A DNA stretch of 64,000 bases from Macrostomum hystrix (taxonomy: Eukaryota > Animalia > Platyhelminthes): assembly GCA_950097015.1 (NCBI GenBank), contig CATNEN010000008.1:2046001-2110000 (forward strand), written 5' to 3'. The notes below the pieces were generated by a model. That model saw nothing but the letters and a program-made list of their open reading frames with translations. It had not been told where the DNA came from and did not search any database. The translations under genes and the position numbers were made by a program. This document shows, in pieces, positions 1-10,560 of the stretch. The stretch's first letter is position 1, and the number at the start of each line of letters is the position of its first letter.

Positions 1-590
1 AAATATGGGATTTACCGAAGCGACTCAGAAAGATCCCAATTTCAAAATGCGGGATTTATCAAAGCGACTCAAAAATATCCCAATTTCCAAATGTGGGATT
101 TATTAAAGCGACTCAAAAAATATCCCAATTTCGAAATGTGGGATTTATCGAAGCGACTTAGAAATATCCTAATTTCCAAATGTGGGATTTATTAAAGCGA
201 CTCAAAAATATCCTAACTTTAAAATGTGGGATTTACCGAAGCGACTCAAAATATCCCAATTTCGAAATGTGGGATTTATTAAAGCGACTCAAAAATATCC
301 TAACTTTAAAATGTGGGATTTACCGAAGCGACTCAAAATATCCCTATTTCAAACTTTGGGACTTATCAAAGCGACTTAAAAGTATCCCAATTTCGAAATG
401 TGGGATTTATCGAAGCGACTCAAAAATATCCCAATTTTCAAATGTGGGATTTGTTCGAGCGAGACTGTTAAAACCCAATTTTGAAATATATGATTCTTTG
501 AAGCGACACTAAAATACCCTCTATTTCAAAATATGGCATTTATCGGAACGACACTAGAATATCCCCAAAATTCTGTTATATCCCAATTTT
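1..590. repeat. Minisatellite, 44-45 bp unit (AAAATATCCCAATTTCGAAATGTGGGATTTATCGAAGCGACTC), ~13 copies, truncated by window start
   Basis: GCGACT recurs at 64, 108, 153, 197, 241; unit has an internal inverted repeat; degenerates toward ~650. Confidence 0.95.
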
Positions 591-1059
591 GAAATGTGAT
601 ATTTTTCAAAGCGACTCTGAAGTATACCCAATTTCAAAATGCGGGATATACTCGTGCAACTGAGTTATTTGCAGGTACAGGAATTTGTACTTTCTTTTTT
701 CCTGTTTTTTATGTAGTTTCGGGGATAAACAAACTAGCGCTTTTGCGAAAGTGGGGGGAAATTCAGCCAACTTTTTTGTTAAACAAGTGTTGATTGAAGC
801 CATGGCTAGCTCGATAGGCAGGCATGCTGTGGTGTGTTTACACACGTGGCGGTGAACTTTTATCTACGAGTACTTATATTCTACATGATGTGCAGCGGTG
901 AAAATAATTATCTGCAAAAAATCGTTGGACAAAAAATTCGCGAAATTTCAAGTGTGTATCTCACACACGAAATTTTATTCTAAAATCTACGAGTAAAAAG
1001 CTAGTGCAGGTCGGAAACTATGAATACTTTCAGCAGTTCCGCATGTATTGTATTTAGCA

Positions 1060-1371
1060 GAGGTTGTAGCCTAGTGGTTAGGGCGTCGGACTCACGACTT
1101 GAAGGTCGGGGGTTCGATTCCCGACTCCACTGGAACAATTTGTGTCCTTTAGCAAGACACTTAACTCTGCATTGCTTCAGTTCACCCAGCTGTTAAATGG
1201 GTACCAGCATCAGCTGGGATAATTGAAGGTGGGTGTGGCGTCCCCCCAGTCCGTGGACTGAACAGCTGTACGCAGCCTTCAGATGCGCCGCGCATTAGCT
1301 GCGGCTGTGCTGTCGGCTGCACATCTGACCCACTTGGGGCAGGTGTAATCAATTATTATTATTATTATTAT
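1060..1371 (+). mobile_element. tRNA-derived SINE with CORE-like central domain, (ATT)n tail and 14-bp TSD
   Basis: A box TAGCCTAGTGG (~1067-1077), B box GGTTCGATTCC (~1111-1121); TGTGTCCTTTAGCAAGACACTTAACTCT...CTTCAGTTCACCCAGCTGTTAAATGGGTA resembles the MIR/CORE domain (from memory); (ATT)n tail 1352-1371; TATTGTATTTAGCA duplicated at 1046-1059 and 1372-1385. Confidence 0.88.
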
Positions 1372-1515
1372 TATTGTATTTAGCAATTTTTATTGAGTTA
1401 GTTCGTAACTGCACAATGGTCAGGTCATCTATCCTATCCGAAGGCAAGATTTAGAAATGAAGGTTTGAGTTGACTTCTAGCGAAGCTGTAGCTATGAGCT
1501 TTAATGACACTCCAC

Positions 1516-1872
1516 GAAATCATACCGAAGCTAGTGAGGTCAATTGACCCCTCTCTGAAATCATACCGAAGCTAGTGAGGCCAATTGACCCCTCTCTGAA
1601 ATCATACCGAAGCTAGTGAGGTCAATTAACCCCTCTCTGAAATCATACCGAAGCTAGTGAGGTCAATTGACCCCTCTCTGAAATCATACCGAAGCTAGTG
1701 AGGTCAATTGACCCCTCTCTGAAATCATACCGAAGCTAGTGAGGTCAATTGACCCCTCTCTGAAATCATACCGAAGCTAGTGAGGCCAATTGACCCCTCT
1801 CTGAAATCATACCGAAGCTAGTGAGGTCAATTGACCCCTCTCTGAAATCACACCAAAGCTTTGAGGTCGATT
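1516..1872. repeat. Minisatellite, 41 bp unit (GAAATCATACCGAAGCTAGTGAGGTCAATTGACCCCTCTCT), ~8 copies
   Basis: Near-identical head-to-tail units without spacers; contains palindrome GGTCAATTGACC. Confidence 0.95.
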
Positions 1873-2007
1873 GACCTCCCTAATGCAGCGGAAGCTAGGG
1901 TGGCTAGTGAGACTTAGTAGGGGTCGCCGAATGTACTTTAAAAAGTGAAAAGTCATGCTAGACCAAGAAAGTGGGCATCGGACCCTCCGCATTTCTTTCC
2001 TATCCAG

Positions 2008-2438
2008 TTTGCCAGCCTCGACCGGTCCATGGACGCGGCCAAACTGCTTGGCGGCCGTCTGACCAATCTGGTTAACAAATACTTCGCCCCAACCAGAGTC
2101 TACGCCTCGCTGCTACTCATTGAAGTCTGGAATCTGAACGATCAGTTCTCTGTCAGCTCGGATATTCGGGCTACTCTGCATGGCTTATTGAACTATTCTC
2201 TGGCTGAGACTGCCAGAGAGCGAGACCGAACCTACGACTCACTCCTGCTGCTCAGCGCGCAGGTATTCATCGCAGAAATTGAGCACCTCAGCGTGCCAGA
2301 CAGCGTCTGTACTAGCAGGGCCGCCAGTGTTGTACAAGTCACTAATCTGGCAGATGAACTGCATGTGGCCAAGTTGATGTCTCTGGCCATTGCTGAGCAG
2401 TTCGGCATGCTGGCATTTCCTTGCGCCAGGGACAGCCT
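2008..2438 (+). CDS. ADAM-family protein, first exon visible in window: reprolysin-type metalloprotease domain lacking HExxH (5' exons lie upstream of the window)
   Basis: Acceptor ttctttcctatccag|, donor CT|gtgagt; LLLIEVWN..DQFSVSSD..TL and VCTSRAASVV match reprolysin-domain features; LMSLAIAEQFGM aligns with TMAHELGHNLGM. Join 2008-2438,4907-5467,5731-6425,7055-7508,8337-9177 = 2982 nt, in frame, 993 aa. Confidence 0.85.
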
Positions 2439-2574
2439 GTGAGTTTTATTTGTTTGTTTTATTGCAAACCCTGGTTTCAAAATGGCGCTTTCAAATAAAA
2501 ATATTAGGTACAAAATTGCGCTTTAGAATAAATAAAGTTTATTACAAAATGGCACATTATATTGGGAAAAAAAT

Positions 2575-3228
2575 AGGTACAAAGTGGCACTTTAAAATGG
2601 AAAATATGAGTTACAAAGTGGCACTTTAAAATGGAAAATATGAGTTACAAAGTGGCACTTTAAAATAGAAAATATGAGTTACAAAATGGCACTTTAAAAT
2701 GGAAAATATGAGTTACAAAATGGCACTTTAAAATGGAAAATATGAGTTACAAAATGGCACTTTAAAATGGAAAATATGAGTTACAAAGTGGCACTTTAGA
2801 ATGGAAAATATGAGTTACAAAGTGGCACTTTAAAATGGAAAATATGAGTTACAAAATGGCACTTTAAAATGGAAAATATGAGTTACAAAGTGGCACTTTA
2901 GAATGGAAAATATGAGTTACAAAGTGGCACTTTAAAATGGAAAATATGAGTTACAAAATGGCACTTTAAAATGGAAAATATGAGTTACAAAATGGCACTT
3001 TAAAATGGAAAATATGAGTTACAAAATGGCACTTTAAAATGGAAAATATGAGTTACAAAGTGGCACTTTAGAATGGAAAATATGAGTTACAAAGTGGCAC
3101 TTTAAAATGGAAAATATGAGTTACAAAATGGCACTTTAAAATGGAAAATATGAGTTACAAAATGGCACTTTAAAATGGAAAATATGAGTTACAAAGTGGC
3201 ACTTTAAAATGGAAAATATGAGTTACAA
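2575..3228. repeat. Intronic minisatellite, 34 bp unit (AAAATGGCACTTTAAAATGGAAAATATGAGTTAC), ~19 copies
   Basis: Tandem units; degenerate precursors visible at 2478-2575. Confidence 0.95.
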
Positions 3229-3384
3229 TTTTCCTTCTACAGGCTCTTTCAGTCTGTAGAAGTGTGTCGCTTCGGTCTGTAAAATTTTCCGTTTGTCTTC
3301 TCTGTATGTCTCTTACTTTAGTCTGTAAATGTGACTCTTTGTCAGTATTTCTTTTCTATCGATCAAAGTATCGCCAGTGAGCAT

Positions 3385-4142
3385 GGCTTTTCCGTCTGTA
3401 AGTATGCATATTCTGTCTGTAAGTATGCATATTCTGTCTGTAAGTATGCATATTCTGTCTGTAAGTATGCATATTCTGTCTGTAAGTATGCATATTCTGT
3501 CTGTAAGTATGCATATTCTGTCTGTAAGTATGTATATTCTGTCTGTAAGTATGTCCTTTCTGTCTGTAAGCATGTCCTTTCTGTCTGTAAGCATGGTCCT
3601 TTCTGTCTGTAGGCATAGTCCTTTCTGTCTGAAAGTATGTCCTTTCTGTCTGTAAGTATGGTCCTTTCTGTCTGTAAGTATGTATATTCTGTCTGTATGT
3701 CCTTTCTGTCTGTAAGTATGGTCCTTTCTGTCTGTAAGCATGTCCTTTCTGTCTGTAAGCATAGTCCTTTCTGTCTGTAAGTATGTCCTTTCTGTCTGAA
3801 AGTATGTCCTTTCTGTCTGTAAGTATGGTCCTTTCTGTCTGTAAGCATGTCCTTTCTGTCTGTAAGCATGGTCCTTTCTGTCTGTAAGCATAGTCCTTTC
3901 TGTCTGAAAGTATGTCCTTTCTGTCTGTAAGTATGGTCCTTTCTGTCTGTAAGCATGTCCTTTCTGTCTGTAAGCATGTCCTTTCTGTCTGTAAGTATGT
4001 CCTGTCTGTCTGTAAGTATGTCCTTTCTGTTTATAAGCATGTCCTTTCTGTCTGTATGCATGTCCTTTCTGTCTGTATGCATGTCCTTTCTGTCTGAAAG
4101 TATGTCCTTTCTGTCTGTAAGTATGTCCTTTCTGTCGGTCTG
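3385..4142. repeat. Intronic minisatellite, 21-22 bp unit (TATGTCCTTTCTGTCTGTAAG / ATTCTGTCTGTAAGTATGCAT)
   Basis: Tandem units; explains ORFs 3313-4215 on both strands. Confidence 0.95.
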
Positions 4143-4534
4143 TATGTATTTTCTCGAATTTCTCAGAATCGTCAGATTACGGTTCTGTTGCACTAATGGT
4201 TCGTTTGCCACCTAAGCCAGCCGTCAGTGGTCAGGTCAGGGGCAGCTCTTAGCGTTAATCGATTCCAGCTCAGCGAAATGCCGACTAGCTTTCGTAACTA
4301 GTTTCCATTCAGCAGCAGTAATTTTTTATCTACTTTTTTCAGAGCCCCTAATCCGTAAATGGCATGTCATAGTTCTCTTCTTAGTCGATTATTGGAGTTT
4401 TTCAATTCAGGGATTTTTAAAGAGAAAAAAGTTGGACAGCTACTTTCTGTTATGAACTCAAGGATACTTTTTAGCTGCACTTTAAACTACTACAAAACAT
4501 TTTTAAAACCCCTGAATCATTCCCTAACTTTATC

Positions 4535-4790
4535 TGTGACCCGATCCCCATCCTAGATCCCATCCCTATCTCCATCCTAGATCCCATCCCTATCTTCATC
4601 CTAGATCCCATCTCGATCTCCATCCTAGATCCCATCCCGATCTCCATCCTAGATCCCATCCCGATCCCCATCCAAGATCCCATCCCGATCCCCATCCTAG
4701 ATCCCATCCCGATCCCCATCCTAGATCCCATCCCGATCCCCATCCTAGATCCCATCCCGATCCCCACCTAGATCCCATTCCTAATTCTAA
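4535..4790. repeat. Intronic minisatellite, 24 bp unit (GATCCCATCCCGATCCCCATCCTA)
   Basis: Tandem units; source of the MGIGMGSR repeat ORF. Confidence 0.92.
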
Positions 4791-4906
4791 CTCTGGTCCC
4801 ATTCCGAATTCTATCTTTGATCCCATTCATAATTCCATCTCTAATCCGAACCTAATCTCCATAGGAATCTCTAATCCCATTTCGATCTTCCCCGCCGTCT
4901 GATCAG

Positions 4907-5467
4907 GTGCGACCTGAACCGGCTGTTTCAACTACCGGCTAACGTCCGTCGCCTCGAAGCGGCCCTGCAGACACGCATCGCCGAGTGCCTGCGCTACCCG
5001 GAGCAGCCGCGCCAGGAGCCGTTGTGCGGCAACGGCCGCCTCGAGCGCAGCGAAGAATGCGACCCGTCGATTCCCGACGGTCTTGGCGAGCCCTGCTGCG
5101 ACCGGCGCCTGTGCCTCCTCAAGCACTGGGCCAACTGTCGCAGCGGCGAGTGCTGCGAAGGCTGCCGGCTTCGGCCTTCTGGCCACGTCTGCCGATCCGC
5201 CAACGGCCAATGCGACCTTCCTGAGGTCTGCGACGGCCGGTCCAGTCGGTGCCCCGCCGATCTGCGCTTCGCCGACGGCCAGGCCTGCCCCGGGGGCGCC
5301 GGCATCTGCCACGGCGGCTCCTGCTCGGATCGGGCCGCCCAGTGCCGCAACGTCTGGGGTTCGAGCGCTCGCGCTGCCGCAGAGGAGTGCTACGTTAACG
5401 CCCAGTGGAATCAGTGCGAAAATCTCATGTGCCACAATGACGGATCCGACAGACCGACTAATCCTTT
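4907..5467 (+). CDS. ADAM exon: end of metalloprotease domain, disintegrin domain, start of cysteine-rich region
   Basis: Acceptor tgatcag| with phase matching the previous exon (CT+G = Leu); CGNGRLERSEECD, CCDRRLCLLKHWANCRSGECCEGC, CRSANGQCDLPEVCDGRSSRCP are disintegrin hallmarks; donor TT|gtgaga. Confidence 0.93.
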
Positions 5468-5489
5468 GTGAGAATTGGGATCATCCAGA

Positions 5490-5715
5490 ATTATTTTGTG
5501 TTTGTGGTTGGGGATTATCCAGTGCTTGGCGATAATTCAGTGTCAGGCACTCGGAATAATCCGGTGTGAGGCCCTGGGGATAATCCGTTGTCAGGCACGG
5601 GGGATAGTCCGTTGTCAGGCACGGGGGATAATCCGTTGTCAGGCACGGGGGATAATCCAGTGTCAAGTACTGGGATAATCCAGTGTCATGTACTTACAGA
5701 ATCCAGTGTCAACGC
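5490..5715. repeat. Intronic minisatellite, 24 bp unit (GGGATAATCCGTTGTCAGGCACGG)
   Basis: Tandem units fill most of the 263-bp intron 5468-5730. Confidence 0.9.
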
Positions 5716-5730
5716 ACCCACACTGTGCAG

Positions 5731-6425
5731 GTACGCCAGCGCAGTCAGCAACTCCTTGTCCACTCGGCGGGCAAACAGCAGCGCCCGTTTGATCTGCAAA
5801 TTTCTGGTGCCCGGGGTGGCCGTAGCCAACGGCACTCTCTGCCGCCTCGGCTCGTCGGCGACGTTGCAGCAGGGCGCCTGCCTCTCCGGCAAGTGTCGCC
5901 CAATGTCGGAATTTGTCGGCGCTGTCGGCGCCGCCGGCGGCAACGTCGTAGCGGACAGTTGTCGAACGAATGAAATCGTCGGAAAATCGTCCGAAACTTC
6001 GTCGGCAAAGCCGAGCGTCGGCGGCGGCGGCGGAATCTGCTCTGAACGCGGAGTTTGCACCAGCGCCGGCAGCTGCCTCTGCCGTCCTGGCTGGTCGGGC
6101 CGAGCCTGCGGCGTCTCCGGCGAGTCGGCGGCCTCGTCGCCCCTGCAGACTGTTTATTGGCGAATGCGCGACGCCAATTATGGACTGAATGGCGCCAATG
6201 GCGATGCACAGTCGGGCAGCGGCAAGCCGGATTCCACCATGATCACTGTCATCCTGATCGGCATTGTCGGCGCCGTGTCCCTGGTGCTGCTGCTTGTCAT
6301 AGCCCTGGTTGTGCTGTGCTGCAGATCTCGCGGCTCCTCCGCCGCCGGCGCCAATAATCGAAGCGTCAGCACGTCAAATGCTGGCGGAATGGGAGGCGGA
6401 CTGGGCGGAAAGAACGGCTCCAATG
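5731..6425 (+). CDS. ADAM exon: cysteine-rich region, EGF-like domain, transmembrane helix
   Basis: Acceptor ctgtgcag|; VANGTLC..GACLSGKC; EGF-like CSERGVCTSAGSCLCRPGWSGRAC; TM ITVILIGIVGAVSLVLLLVIALVVL; donor G|gtttgt. Confidence 0.9.
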
Positions 6426-6659
6426 GTTTGTGTTCTTTATTTTATAATTACTGTAATTGTTTCGTGTTATGTTTAGCTGTGGGTGCATTTGAAACTTCAG
6501 TCTCTTTTAAATAGAAATTAACTTTTTCTATAACCAAATTTCTCTTCGCTTCGTTAAGAAACTCATTTCTTCGAAATGTGCTGTTACAAAGCGATGCTAG
6601 GCTTGAAATAGAATTCTCGTATTTTTTTTAAATGTTCTAGTACTTCTTTTAAACATTCC

Positions 6660-6990
6660 TCTCGTCTCTTAGAAACGTATTGTCGTTTCTAGGAAATGTA
6701 ATTTTGTTTCTTGGAAAAACATTGTCCTTTCTTGGAAACACATTGTCCTTTCTTAGAAAGGACAGATTAATCTTTCTTTGAAAATGATTGTTATTTCTTA
6801 AATAATGTTGTCGTTTCTTGGAAGCACACATTGTCGTTTCTTGGAAACACTCATTGTCGTTTCTTAGAAAACCATAGTCTTTTCTTAGATAACCATAGTC
6901 GTCTCTTGAAAGTTTACTGTCGGTTTTGGTCACGTTTGTTAGAAATTTAGTATCATTGTTTCTTAGAAAATAATTGTCATTTTTTATACC
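6660..6990. repeat. Degenerate intronic minisatellite, ~21 bp unit (TTGTCGTTTCTTGGAAACACA-like)
   Basis: Recurring TTGTC(G/C)TTTCTT(A/G)GAAA. Confidence 0.75.
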
Positions 6991-7054
6991 AATTCGGTTG
7001 TTTTTCTTTTATATTCATCTTTCTATTACATTTTAACTACCTGTAACTTTGCAG

Positions 7055-7265
7055 GCCGTGGTGGCAAGCACCGCAGCAAATGGTCGGATCTGCGGCGCAA
7101 CAATCTCAATGACTCGCAAGATTTTGTTGGCAACGATCAACAGCGGACCATCACCTTCGCTCCGTCTGGTCGGGGCAGCGCCGGCGACGCTTCGCCTTCG
7201 TCCTACGTGGCTGGCGGCTATCAGCGCCAGATAGAGTCGCCTCACAGTCAGCAGTATCTGTTGCA

Positions 7266-7301
<36 letters not shown>

Positions 7302-7508
7302 TTTGCATCACAGGCAGCAGCTGGCCGGCGCTTCTCCGCCTCCGCCTTTCGCGCCAGCTGCCGAACCACCGCCGCCCGAGAAGGGCATCCTGCGCAACAA
7401 GGAGGTCGGCGAACTGCAGGAGATGGCCAACCTGCTGCACCAGCAGATGGGACTTTCCGGCTCACTGTCCACTCTGGATGACGAGTACGATGAGGACTTG
7501 CACAGCAG
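7055..7508 (+). CDS. ADAM exon: cytoplasmic tail (polyQ, proline-rich)
   Basis: Acceptor actttgcag|, phase 1 fits the previous donor; open frame GRGGKHRSKWSDLRRNNL...QQQQ...KGILRNK...DEDLHSR; donor AG|gtaact. Confidence 0.82.
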
Positions 7509-7539
7509 GTAACTGGCGAGGGGTCTAAAATTAGAGATT

Positions 7540-8148
7540 CCTTTGTCACTCTTGATTGATATGTATGTCACTTTAATATTGATATCTTTGTCACTCTTGA
7601 TTGATATGTATGTCACTTTAATATTGATATACCTGTCACTCTTGATTGATATACCTGTCACTCTTGATTGATATACCTGTCACTCTTTATTGGTATATCT
7701 GTCACTCTTGATTGATATATCTGTCACTCTTAATTGATATACCTGTCACTCTTGATTGATGGCTTTGTCACTCTTGATTGATCTACCTGTCACACTCTAG
7801 TGATATCCTTGTCACTCTCTAGTGATGTCCCTGTCACTCTCTAGTGATATCCCCTTCACTCTCCAGTGATATCCCCGTCACTCTCCAGTGATATCCCCTT
7901 CACTCTCCAGTGATATCCCCGTCACTCTCTAGTGATATCCCCTTCACTCTCCAGTGATATCCCCTTCACTCTCCAGTGATATCCCCTTCACTCTCCAGTG
8001 ATATCCCCGTCACTCTCTAGTGATATCCCGTCACTCTCTAGTGATATCCCCGTCACTCTCCAGTGATATCCCCTTCACTCTCCAGTGATATCCCCGTCAC
8101 TCTCTAGTGATATCCCCGTCACTTTCTAGTGATATCCCCGTCACTCTA
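7540..8148. repeat. Intronic minisatellite, 22 bp unit drifting from CTGTCACTCTTGATTGATATAC to CCGTCACTCTCCAGTGATATCC
   Basis: Tandem units with a gradual variant change along the array. Confidence 0.93.
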
Positions 8149-8336
8149 AAATGGCGTCTCACTCTTGACTGATATTCCTGTATTTTTTGATTGACATCCA
8201 TCTTCAATAAAATCCGCCCCCTACACCGCTGTTCTTTCGTAGTTTCGAGTTTACATTTATATATCGAGTAGCCTACTAAGAGTAGGGTAAAATGTTTTAA
8301 TTCCAGATCTTTTATTCCATCGCATTCCCATTGCAG

Positions 8337-9177
8337 GTACGGCCTAGACACGAAGGGCGGACACGGCCTGCTGTCCTCAAAGACTCCTGTGATTGTCTGC
8401 AACTCCAGCAACCAGACCGACCCGACTCTGTTCACCCTGCCTGAAGAGAAAATTGGCCAGCTTGGCGGCGACAAAGATTCCTGCGGCGGATTCGACGTCC
8501 TGCCCGAATCGGAGCGCTACCAGATGCCTCTGCTTCAGCAGCAGCCAACGCCTCCGCCGTCACTTCTGCTTCATCATCAATTGCAGCAGCAGCAGCAGCA
8601 GCACAAGCAGTCGCTGAGTCTAGATTCAGATTCTAGCGGAGGCGGAGGCGGTCGCGGCAGCAGCATCGGCAGCGGCAGCGGCGGCGCAGGCAGGCTGGCG
8701 TCGGAGCGGGCCAAGCCGCTGACCTACTCGCTGCCCTACGCAGCCAAGATGATCAGCCCCAGCAACCAACTGGGCTGCGCCAATCAGAAACCAGAGCCGG
8801 ATAAACAGCTGACATCGTTGATGACGTCACCGCCTGGTTCCGGAGCTTCCTCTCTGCAGCATCCGCATCACCATCATCATCATCACAATCAGCATCAGCA
8901 GCAGCAGCAGCAGCAGCTGTATCCGTCGGGTCGGATGGGTTCCGCAGCAGGCAGTCAGGACCCGGGATCTCCGGCTTATTCATCGCTAGATCCGCCATCG
9001 TCCACTTATCACTACAGCGTGTGCAGCGGCGGCTCCGCTTCCCTAACTAACCCCAATAATAAAAGCTTCGGCGGTCGCGTTGCTAGCGACGCTTCCGGAA
9101 GCGGCGGAAGCATTCAAGGCCAAGGCCCGGGACTAGTTCGTCGGCAGAGCTACAGCAAGGCTAATGACGAGCCGTGA
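8337..9177 (+). CDS. ADAM terminal exon: Q/H/S/G-rich cytoplasmic tail to stop
   Basis: Acceptor cccattgcag|, phase 2 fits (AG+G = Arg); open to TGA at 9175-9177. Confidence 0.82.
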
Positions 9178-9242
9178 ACTTTGGAATGCAGAATTTCAGA
9201 GGTATTTTTAGAATGAGAACGCTTGTTAAATTTTAGAATTAT

Positions 9243-10560
9243 CTGTTAGACATAACTCACCTGTTAGACAATAATCCTGTTAGACAGAAACTAACCTGTT
9301 AGACAAAATCTATGATTTTAGACAGAATCGAACATATTAGACATGATCAAACATGTTAGACATGATCAAACATGTTAGACATGATCAAACATGTTAGACA
9401 GAAATTAACCTGTTAGACAAAATCTAAGATTTTACACAGAATCGAACATGTTAGACATGATCAAACATGTTAGACAGAAATTAACCTGTTAGACGAAATC
9501 TAAGATTTTACACAGAATCGAACATGTTAGACATGATCAAACATGTTAGACAGAAATTAACCTGTTAGACGAAATCTAAGATTTTAGACAGAATCGAACA
9601 TGTTAGACATGATCAAACATGTTAGACAGAAATTAACCTGTTAGACAGATTCTAAAATTTTTAACAGAATCTAAGATGTTAGACAAAATCTAAGGTTTTT
9701 GACAGAATCGAACATGTTAGACAGAAATTAACCTGTTAGACAGAATCTAAAATTTTAAACAGAATCTAAGATGTTAGACAAAATCTAAGGTTTTTGACAG
9801 AATCGAACATGTTAGACAGAAATTAACCTGTTAGACGAAATCTAAGATTTTAGACAGAATCGAACATGTTAGACATGATCAAACATGTTAGACAGAAATT
9901 AACCTGTTAGACGAAATCTAAGATTTTAGACAGAATCGAACATGTTAGACATGATCAAACATGTTAGACAGAAATTAACCTGTTAGACAGAATCTAAAAT
10001 TTTAAACAGAATCTAAGATGTTAGACAAAATCTAAGGTTTTTGACAGAATCGAACATGTTAGACATGATCAAACATGTTAGACAGAAATTAACCTGTTAG
10101 ACAGATTCTAAAATTTTTAACAGAATCTAAGATGTTAGACAAAATCTAAGGTTTTTGACAGAATCGAACATGTTAGACAGAAATTAACCTGTTAGACAGA
10201 ATCTAAAATTTTAAACAGAATCTAAGATGTTAGACAAAATCTAAGGTTTTTGACAGAATCGAACATGTTAGACAGAAATTAACCTGTTAGACAGAATCTA
10301 AAATTTTAAACAGAATCTAAGATGTTAGTCAAAATCTAAGGTTTTTGACAGAATCGAACATGTTAGACAGAAATTAACCTGTTAGACAGAATCTAAAATT
10401 TTAAACAGAATCTAAGATGTTAGACAAAATCTAAGGTTTTTGACAGAAACTAAGATGTTAGATATGATCTAACATGTTAGACATGATCAAATATGTTAGA
10501 CAGAAATTAACCTGTTAGACAAAATCTAAGATTTTTGACAGAATCGAACATGTTAGACCA
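9243..10560. repeat. Complex satellite of four related 19-20 bp monomers (core TGTTAGACA) arranged in higher-order units
   Basis: Monomers CAGAATCGAACATGTTAGA, CATGATCAAACATGTTAGA, CAGAAATTAACCTGTTAGA and CAAAATCTAAG(A/G)TTTT.. recur in fixed order. Confidence 0.93.

Noticed and set aside
1060-1135. Possible tRNA gene
   Set aside because: A/B boxes are present but the acceptor stem is imperfect, and the sequence continues into a CORE-like body, (ATT)n tail and TSD, so it is a SINE head
1516-1872. CRISPR-like look of 37-46 bp partly palindromic repeats (also 18667, 27325, 43289)
   Set aside because: Units are directly head-to-tail with no unique spacers, there are no cas genes, and the context is eukaryotic
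3385-4142. Recursive-splicing ratchet points
   Set aside because: Units give TAAG|TAT rather than the YAG|GT junction that ratchet points require; kept only as decoy 5' splice sites
3243-4320. Possible extra ADAM exons at ~3243 or ~4170-4320
   Set aside because: The phase-compatible frames hit stops quickly, and exon 2438 joins 4907 in frame with a sensible Cys pattern
4932-6423. Antisense and alternate-frame ORFs over GC-rich exons (also 7033-7549, 15540-16121, 17192-17920, 27732-28175, 29748-30932)
   Set aside because: Shadow ORFs expected from high GC3 of the real exons; no domain similarity
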